Of a DNA stretch of 64,000 nucleotides, positions 53,801 to 64,000 are shown piece by piece. This stretch comes from Eledone cirrhosa. Its lineage: Eukaryota. Positions within the stretch are counted from its first letter, which is position 1. Each line of letters starts with the position of its first letter. The stretch spans positions 348,750,001 to 348,814,000 of the forward strand of contig OZ024742.1 in NCBI GenBank assembly GCA_964016885.1, read 5' to 3'. The translations under genes were made by a program, and so were the position numbers. Below the pieces are notes generated by a model. That model worked only from the letters and a program-made list of their open reading frames with translations. It was not told the DNA's origin and did no database searches.

Positions 53801-56800
53801 TAAAGCTCTCTATGTCTCAATATGGTGATATTATTGACAGTGTAAAGCTCTCTATGATTCAATATAGCGACATTATTGACACAGTGTTAAGCTCTCTATG
53901 TCTCAATATGGCGACATTATTGACACAGTGTAAAATCTCTCTATGTCTCAATATGGTGACATTATTGACACAGTGTAAAGCTCTCTATGTCTCAATATGG
54001 CGACATTATTGACACAGTGTAAAGCTCTCTATGTCTCAATATGGCGACATTTTTGCTACAGTGTAGAGCTCTCTTTGTCTCAATATGGCGACATTATTGA
54101 CAGTGTAAAGCGCTCTATGTCTCAATATGGCGACATTATTGACAATGTAAAGCTTTCTATGTCTCAATATGGCGACATTATTGACACAGTGTAAAGCTCT
54201 CTATGTCTCAATATAGCGACATTATTGACGATGTAAAGCTCTCTATGTCTCAATATAGCGCCATTATTGACAATGTAAAGCTCTCTATGTCTCAATATGG
54301 TGACATTATTGACAATGTAAAGCTCTCTATGTCTCAATATAGCGCCATTATTGACAATGTAAAGCTCTCTATGTCTAAATATGGTGATATTATTGACAGT
54401 AAAAAGCTCTCTATGTCTTAATATGGCGAGATTATTGACAGTGTAAAGCTTTCTATGTCTCAATATGGTGACTTTATTGACACAGTGTAAAGCTCTCTAT
54501 GTCTCAATATGGCGACATTATTGACAATGTAAAGCTCTCTATGTCTCAATATGGCGACATTATTGACAGTGTAAAGCTCTCTATGTCTCAATATGGTGAC
54601 ATTATTGACACAGTGTAAAGCTCTCTATGTCTCAATATGGCGACATTATTGACAATGTAAAGCTCTCTATGTCTCAATATGGCGACATTATTGACATAGT
54701 GTAAAGCTCTCTATATCACAATATGGCGACATTATCGACAATGTAAAGCTCTCTATGTCTCAATATGGCGACATTATTGACAATGTAAATCATTCTATGT
54801 CTCAATATGGCGACAGTATTGACAGTGTAAAGCTCTCTATGTCTCAATATGGCGACATTATTGACACAGTGTAAAATCTCTCTATGTCTCAATATGGTGA
54901 CATTATTGACACAGTGTAAAGCTCTCTATGTCTCAATATGGTGACAGTATTGACAATGTAAAGCTCTCTATGTCTCAATATGGCGACATTATTGATACAG
55001 TGTAACGCTCTCTATGTCTCAATATGGCGACATTATTGACAATGAAAAGCTCTCTATGTCTCAATATGGCGACATTATTGACAATGTAAAGCTCTCTATG
55101 TCTCAATATGGCGACAGTATTGACAGTGTAAAGCTCTCTATGTCTCCATATGGCGACAGTATTGACAGTGTAAAGCTCTCTATGTCTCAATATGGTGACA
55201 TTATTGACAGTGTAAAGCTCTCTATGTCTCAATATGGCGACATTATTGACAATGTAAAGCTCTCTATGGCTCAATATGGCGACATTATTGACAATGTAAA
55301 GCTCTCTATGTCTCAATATGGTGACATTATTGACAGTGTAAAGCTCTCTATGTCTCAATATGGCGACATTATTAACAATGTAAAGCTTTCTATGTCTCAA
55401 TATGGCGACATTATTGACACAGTGTAAAGCTCTCTATGTCTCAATATAGCGACATTATTTACAATATAAAGCTCTCTATGTCTCAATATAGCGCCATTAT
55501 TGACAATGTAATGCTCTCTATGTCTCAATATGGTGACATTATTGACAATGTAAAGCTCACTATGTCTCAATATGGTGACATTATTGACAATGTAAAGCTC
55601 TCTATGTTTCAATATGGTGACATTATTGACAGTGTAAAGCTCTCTATGTCTCGATATGGCGACATTATTGACAGTGTAAAGCTCTCTATGTCTCAATATG
55701 GTGACATTATTGACACAGTGTAAAGCTCTCTATGTCTCAATATGGCGACATTATTGACAATGTAAAGCTCTCTATGTCTCAATATGTCGACATTATTGAC
55801 ATAGTGTAAAGCTCTCTATATCACAATATGGCGACATTATCGACAATGTAAAGCTCTCTATGTCTCAATATGGCGACATTATTGACACAGTGTAAAGCTC
55901 TCTATGTCTCAATATGGCGACATTATTGACAATGTAAATCATTCTATGTCTCAATATGGTGACATTATTGACATAGTGTAAAGCAGTCTATGTCTCAATA
56001 TGGCAACATTATTGACAATGTAAAGCTCTCTATGTCTCAATATGGCGACATTATTGACAGAGTGTAAAGCTCTCTATGTCTCAATATGGTGATATTATTG
56101 ACAGTGTAAAGCTCTCTATTATTCAATATAGCGACATTATTGACACAGTGTTAAGCTCTCTATGTCTCAATATGGCGACATTATTGACACAGTGTAAAAT
56201 CTCTCTATGTCTCAATATGGTGACATTATTGACACAGTGTAAAGCTCTCTATGTCTCAATATGGCGACATTATTGACACAGTGTAAAGCTCTCTATGTCT
56301 CAATATGGCGACATTTTTGCTACAGTGTAGAGCTCTCTTTGTCTCAATATGGCGACATTATTGACAGTGTAAAGCTCTCTATGTCTCAATATGGCGACAT
56401 TATTGACAATGTAAAGCTCTCTATGTCTCAATATGGTGACATTGTTGACAGTGTAAAGCTCTCTATGTCTCAATATGGTGACAGTATTGACAATGTAAAT
56501 CTCTCTATGTCTCAATATGGCGACATTATTGATACAGTGTAACGCTCTCTATGTCTCAATATGGCGACATTATTGACAATGTAAAGATCTCTATGTCTCA
56601 ATATGGCGACATTATTGACAATGTAAAGCTCTCTATGTCTCAATATGGCGACAGTATTGACAGTGTAAAGCTCTCTATGTCTCAATATGCCGACAGTATT
56701 GACAGTGTAAAGCTCTCTATGTCTCAATATGGTGACATTATTGACAGTGTAAAGCTCTCTATGTCTCAATATGGCGACATTATTGACAATGTAAAGCTCT

Positions 56801-59800
56801 CTATGTCTCAATATGGTGACATTATTGACAATGTAAAGCTCTCTATGTCTCAATATGGCGACATTATTGACACGGTGTAAAGCTCTCTATGTCTCAATAT
56901 GGCGACATTATTGACAATGTAAAGCACTCTATATCTCAATATGGCGACATTATTGACAATGTAAAGGTCTCTATGTCTCAATATGGCGACATCATTGACA
57001 CAGTGTAAAGCTCTCTATGTCTCAATATGGCAACATTATTGACAACGTAAAGCTCTCTATGTCTCAATATGTCGACATTATTGACAGTGTAAAGCTCTCT
57101 ATGTCTCAATATGGCGACATTATTGACACAGTGTAAAGCTCTCTATGTCTCAATATGGAGACATTATTGACACAGTGTAAAGCTCTCTATGTCTCAATAT
57201 GGCGACATTATTGACAATGTAAAGCACTCTATGTCTCAATATGGCGACATTATTGACAATGTAAAGCTCTCTCTGTCTCAGTATGGCGACATTATTGACA
57301 ATGTAAAGCTTTCTATGTCTCAATATGGCGACATTATTGACACAGTGTAAAGCTCTCTATGTCTCAATATGGCGACATTATTGACAATGTAAAGCTCTCT
57401 ATGTCTCAATATGGCGACATTATTGACAATGTAAAGCTCTCTATGTCTCAATATGGTGACATTGTTGACAGTGTAAAGCTCTCTATGTCTCAATATGGTG
57501 ACAGTATTGACAATGTAAAGCTCTCTATGTCTCAATATGGCGACATTATTGATACAGTGTAAAGCTCACTATGTCTCAATATGGCGACATTATTGATAAT
57601 GTAAAGCTATCTATGTCTCAATATGGCGACATTATTGACAATGTAAAGCTCTCTATGTCTTAATATGGTGACAGTTATGACAGTGTAAAGCTCTCTATGT
57701 CTCAATATGGCGACAGTATTGACAGTGTAAAGCTCTCTATGTCTCAATATGGTGACATTATTGAGAGTGTAAAGCTCTCTATGTCTCAATATAGTGACAT
57801 TATTGACAGTGTAAAGCTCTCTATGTCTCAATATGGCGACATTATTGACAATGTAAAGCTCTCTATGTCTCAATATGGCGACATTATTGACAGTGTAAAG
57901 CCCTCTATGTCTCAATATGGCGACATTATTGACAGTGTAAAGCTCTCTATGTCTCAATATGGCGACAGTATTGACAGTGTAAAGCTCTCTATGTCTCAAT
58001 ATGGTGACATTATTGACAGTGTAAAGCTCTCTATGTCTCAATATGGCGACATTATTGACGATGTAAAGCTCTCTATGTCTCAATATGGCGACATTATTGA
58101 CAATGTAAAGCTCTCTATGTCTCAATATGGCGACATTATTGACAATGTAAAGCTCTCTATGTCTCAATATGGCGACATTATTGACAGTGTAAAGCGCTCT
58201 ATGTCTCAATATGGCGACATTATTGACAATGTAAAGCTTTCTATGTCTCAATATGGCGACATTATTGACACAGTGTAAAGCTCTCTATGTCTCAATATAG
58301 CGACATTATTGACAATGTAAAGCTCTCTATGTCTCAATATAGCGCCATTATTGACAATGTAAAGCTCTCTATGTCTCAATATGGTGACATTATTGACAAT
58401 GTAAAGCTCTCTATGTCTCAATATAGCGCCATTATTGACAATGTAAAGCTCTCTATGTCTAAATATGGTGATATTATTGACAGTAAAAAGCTCTCTATGT
58501 CTCAATATGGCGAGATTATTGACAGTGTAAAGCTTTCTATGTCTCAATATGGTGACTTTATTGACACAGTGTAAAGCTCTCTATGTCTCAATATGGCGAC
58601 ATTATTGACAATGTAAAGCTCTCTATGTCTCAATATGGCGACATTATTGACAGTGTAAAGCTCTCTATGTCTCAATATGGTGACATTATTGACACAGTGT
58701 AAAGCTCTCTATGTCTCAATATGGCGACATTATTGACAATGTAAAGCTCTCTATGTCTCAATATGGCGACATTATTGACATAGTGTAAAGCTCTCTATAT
58801 CACAATATGGCGACATTATCGACAATGTAAAGCTCTCTATGTCTCAATATGGCGACATTATTGACAATGTAAATCATTCTATGTCTCAATATGGCGACAG
58901 TATTGACAGTGTAAAGCTCTCTATGTCTCAATATGGCGACATTATTGACACAGTGTAAAATCTCTCTATGTCTCAATATGGTGACATTATACACACAGTG
59001 TAAAGCTCTCTATGTCTCAATATGGTGACAGTATTGACAATGTAAAGCTCTCTATGTCTCAATATGGCGACATTATTGATACAGTGTAACGCTCTCTATG
59101 TCTCAATATGGCGACATTATTGACAATGAAAAGCTCTCTATGTCTCAATATGGCGACATTATTGACAATGTAAAGCTCTCTATGTCTCAATATGGCGACA
59201 GTATTGACAGTGTAAAGCTCTCTATGTCTCAATATGGCGACAGTATTGACAGTGTAAAGCTCTCTATGTCTCAATATGGTGACATTATTGACAGTGTAAA
59301 GCTCTCTATGTCTCAATATGGCGACATTATTGACAATGTAAAGCTCTCTATGGCTCAATATGGCGACATTATTGACAATGTAAAGCTCTCTATGTCTCAA
59401 TATGGTGACATTATTGACAGTGTAAAGCTCTCTATGTCTCAATATGGCGACATTATTAACAATGTAAAGCTTTCTATGTCTCAATATGGCGACATTATTG
59501 ACACAGTGTAAAGCTCTCTATGTCTCAATATAGCGACATTATTGACAATATAAAGCTCTCTATGTCTCAATATAGCGCCATTATTGACAATGTAATGCTC
59601 TCTATGTCTCAATATGGTGACATTATTGACAATATAAAGCTCTCTATGTTTCAATATGGTGACATTATTGACAGTGTAAAGCTCTCTATGTCTCAATATG
59701 GCGACATTATTGACAGTGTAAAGCTCTCTATGTCTCAATATGGTGACATTATTGACAATGTAAAGCTCTCTATGTTTCAATATGGTGACATTATTGACAG

Positions 59801-62800
59801 TGTAAAGCTCTCTATGTCTCGATATGGCGACATTATTGACAGTGTAAAGCTCTCTATGTCTCAATATGGTGACATTATTGACACAGTGTAAAGCTCTCTA
59901 TGTCTCAATATGGCGACATTATTGACAATGTAAAGCTCTCTATGTCTCAATATGGCGACATTATTGACATAGTGTAAAGCTCTCTATATCACAATATGGC
60001 GACATTATCGACAATGTAAAGCTCTCTATGTCTCAATATGGCGACATTATTGACACAGTGTAAAGCTCTCTATGTCTCAATATGGCGACATTATTGACAA
60101 TGTGAATCATTCTATGTCTCAATATGGTGACATTATTGACATAGTGTAAAGCAGTCAATGTCTCAATATGGCAACATTATTGACAATGTAAAGCTCTCTA
60201 TGTCTCAATATGGCGACATTATTGACAGAGTGTAAAGCTCTCTATGTCTCAATATGGTGATATTATTGACAGTGTAAAGCTCTCTATGATTCAATATAGC
60301 GACATTATTGACACAGTGTTAAGCTCTCTATGTCTCAATATGGCGACATTATTGACACAGTGTAAAATCTCTCTATGTCTCAATATGGTGACATTATTGA
60401 CACAGTGTAAAGCTCTCTATGTCTCAATATGGCGACATTATTGACACAGTGTAAAGCTCTCTATGTCTCAATATGGCGACATTTTTGCTACAGTGTAGAG
60501 CTCTCTTTGTCTCAATATGGCGACATTATTGACAGTGTAAAGCTCTCTATGTCTCAATATGGCGTCATTATTGATACAGTGTAGAGCTCTCTATGTCTCA
60601 ATATGGTGACATTATTGACACAGTGTAAAGCTCTCTATTTCTCAATATGGTGACATTATTGACACAGTGTAAAGCTCTCTAGGTCTTAATATGGTGACAT
60701 CATTGACAGGGTAAAGCTCTCTATGTCTCAATATGGTGACATTATTGACACATTTTAAAGCACTCTATGTCTCAATATGGCGACATTATTGACAAAGTAA
60801 AGCCCTCTATGTCTCAATATGGCGACATTATCGACAGTGTAAAGCTTTCTATGTCTCAATATGGTGACTTTATTGACACAGTGTAAAGCTCTCTATGTCT
60901 CAATATGGCGACATTATTGACAATGTAAAGCTCTCTATGTCTCAATATGGCGACATTATTGACAATGTAAAGCTCTCTATGTCTCAATATGGTGACATTG
61001 TTGACAGTGTAAAGCTCTCTATGTCTCAATATGGTGACAGTATTGACAATGTAAAGCTCTCTATGTCTCAATATGGCGACATTATTGATACAGTGTAACG
61101 CTCTCTATGTCTCAATATGGCGACATTATTGACAATGTAAAGATCTCTATGTCTCAATATGGCGACATTATTGACAATGTAAAGCTCTCTATGTCTCAAT
61201 ATGGCGACAGTATTGACAGTGTAAAGCTCTCTATGTGTCAATATGGCGACAGTATTGACAGTGTAAAGCTCTCTATGTCTCAATATGGTGACATTATTGA
61301 CAGTGTAAAGCTCTCTATGTCTCAATATGGCGACATTATTGACAATGTAAAGCTCTCTATGGCTCAATATGGCGACATTATTGACAACGTAAAGCTCTCT
61401 ATGTCTCAATATGGTGACATTATTGACAGTGTAAAGCTCTCTATGTCTCAATATGGCGACATTATTAACAATGTAAAGCTTTCTATGTCTCAATATGGCG
61501 ACATTATTGACACAGTGTAAAGCTCTCTATGTCTCAATATAGCGACATTATTGACAATATAAAGCTCTCTATGTCTCAATATAGCGCCATTATTGACAAT
61601 GTAATGCTCTCTATGTCTCAATATGGTGACATTATTGACAATGTAAAGCTCTCTATGTCTCAATATAGCGCCATTATTGACAATGTAAAGCTCTCTATGT
61701 TTCAATATGGTGACATTATTGACAGTGTAAAGCTCTCTATGTCTCAATATGGCGACATTATTGACAGTGTAAAGCTCTCTATGTCTCAATATGGTGACAT
61801 TATTGACACAGTGTAAAGCTCTCTATGTCTCAATATGGCGACATTATTGACAATGTAAAGCTCTCTATGTCTCAATATGGCGACATTATTGACATAGTGT
61901 AAAGCTCTCTATATCACAATATGGCGACATTATCGACAATGTAAAGCTCTCTATGTCTCAATATGGCGACATTATTGACACAGTGTAAAGCTCTCTATGT
62001 CTCAATATGGCGACATTATTGACAATGTAAATCATTCTATGTCTAAATATGGTGACATTATTGACATAGTGTAAAGCAGTCTATGTCTCAATATGGCAAC
62101 ATTATTGACAATGTAAAGCTCTCTATGTCTCAATATGGCGACATTATTGACAGAGTGTAAAGCTCTCTATGTCTCAATATGGTGATATTATTGACAGTGT
62201 AAAGCTCTCTATGATTCAATATAGCGACATTATTGACACAGTGTTAAGCTCTCTATGTCTCAATATGGCGACATTATTGACACAGTGTAAAATCTCTCTA
62301 TGTCTCAATATGGTGACATTATTGACACAGTGTAAAGCTCTCTATGTCTAAATATGGCGACATTATTGACACAGTGTAAAGCTCTCTATGTCTCAATATG
62401 ACGACATTTTTGCTACAGTGTAGAGCTCTCTTTGTCTCAATATGGCGACATTATTGACAGTGTAAGGCTCTCTATGTCTCAATATCGCGTCATTATTGAT
62501 ACAGTGTAGAGCTCTCTATGTCTCAATATGGTGACATTATTGACACAGTGTAAAGCTCTCTATTTCTCAATATGGTGACATTATTGACACAGTGTAAAGC
62601 TCTCTAGGTCTCAATATGGTGACATTATTGACAGGGTAAAGCTCTCTATGTCTCAATATGGTGACATTATTGACACATTTTAAAGCACTCTATGTCTCAA
62701 TATGGCGACATTATTGACAAAGTAAAGCCCTCTATGTCTCAATATGGCGACATTATTGACAGTGTAAAGCTCTCTATGTCTCAATATGGTGACATTATTG

Positions 62801-64000
62801 ACACAGTGTAAAGCTCTCAATGTCACAATATAGTAACATTATTGACACAGTGTAAAGCTCTCTAGGACTCAATATGGTGACATTATTGACAGTGTAAAGC
62901 TCTCATTGTCTCAATATGGCGACATTATTGACAATGTAAAGCTCTCTATGTCTCAATATTCTGACATTATTGACACATTGTAAAGCGCTCTATGTCTCAA
63001 TATGGTGACATCATTGACAGTGTAAAGCTCTGTATGTCTCAATATGGTGACATTATTGACAATGTAAAGCTCTCTATGTCTCAATATGGTGACATTATTG
63101 ACAGTGTAAAGCTCTCTATGTCTCAATATGGTGACATTATTGACACAGTGTAAAGCTCTCAATGTCTCAATATAGTAACATTATTGACACAGTGTATAGC
63201 TCTCTAGGACTCAATATGGTGACATTATTGACAATGTAAAGCTCTCTATGTCTCAATATTCTGACATTATTGACACATTGTAAAGCGCTCTATGTCTCAA
63301 TATGGTGACATTATTGACAGTGTAAAGCTCTCTATGTCTCAATATGGCGACATTATTGACAATGTAAAGCTCTCTATGTCTCAATATGCTGACATTATTG
63401 ACAGTGTAAAGCTCTCTATGTCTCAATATGGTGACATTATTGACACAGTGTAAAGCTCTCTATGTCTCAATATGGCGACATTATTGATACAGTGTAAAGC
63501 TATCTGTCTCAATATGGCGACATTATTGGTACAGTGTAAAGCTTCTATGTCTCAATATGGTGAGATTATTGACACAGTGTAAAGCTCTCTATGTCTCAAT
63601 ATGGTGACATTATTGACAATGTAAAGCTCTCTATGTCTCAATATGGTGACATTATTGACAGTGTAAAGCTCTCTATGTCTCAATATGGCGACATTATTAA
63701 CAATGTAAAGCTCTCTATGTCTCAATATGGTGACATTATTGACAGTGTAAAGCTCTCTATGTCTCAATATGGTGACATTATTGACACATTGTAAAGTTTT
63801 CTATGTCTCAATATGGTGACATTATTGACAGTGTAAAACTCTCTATGTCTCAATATGGCGACATTATTGACAACGTAAAGCTCTCTATGTGTCAATATGG
63901 CGACATTATTGACAATGTAAAGCTCTCTATGTCTCAATATGGCGACATTATTGACAATGTAAAGCTCTCTATGTCTCAACATGGTGATATTATTGACAAT
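11811..64000. repeat. Satellite DNA array of 42/44-bp monomers, consensus ATGTCTCAATATGG(C/T)GACATTATTGAC(AC)A(A/G)TGTAAAGCTCTCT, ~1,200 copies, with higher-order structure; continues beyond the window
   Basis: Directly visible head-to-tail array in one orientation. I saw no insertions. Copy number is estimated as 52.2 kb / ~42.6 bp. Confidence 0.99.

Noticed and set aside
11855-63982. Numerous ORFs encoding MSQYGDIIDNVKLS / RHRELYIVNNVAIL repeats
   Set aside because: The 42-bp period is divisible by 3 and lacks stops in these frames. Frequent 44-bp monomers break the frame, ORFs occur on both strands and there is no unique coding flank.
11811-64000. CRISPR-like array of palindromic repeats
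   Set aside because: There are no unique spacers and no cas genes, and the context is eukaryotic.
11811-64000. TTGACA (bacterial -35 box) in nearly every monomer
   Set aside because: The DNA is eukaryotic and the hexamer is simply part of the palindrome arm.

Overview
This is repeat-dominated animal genomic DNA. The dispersed SINE and MITE sequences match my recollection of Octopus repeats, so the source is probably a cephalopod, though I could not check this. I see no intact host gene, RNA gene or CRISPR array. The window has three parts. (1) Positions 1-3268 are a 32-bp tandem array that runs directly into a tRNA-derived SINE-like remnant. (2) Positions ~3.3-11.8 kb are a dense patch of decayed transposons: several SINE copies, two TTAA-flanked piggyBac-like MITEs, a TA-flanked Tc2-like MITE, a solo LTR with a 4-bp TSD, the C-terminal fragment of a CRE-like retrotransposon, a frameshifted Tx1/L1-clade LINE and microsatellites. 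(3) Positions 11811-64000 (running off the window) are an uninterrupted satellite of about 1,200 monomers of 42/44 bp. Each monomer is an imperfect palindrome, and monomers are organised into nested higher-order blocks (offsets of 812 bp, 3363 bp, 4445 bp, ~5550 bp, ~23.4 kb and 29778 bp). The many ORFs in the satellite are artefacts of its 42-bp period. The best candidate for something undescribed is this palindromic satellite as a possible (peri)centromeric array edge, but that function is inference only.
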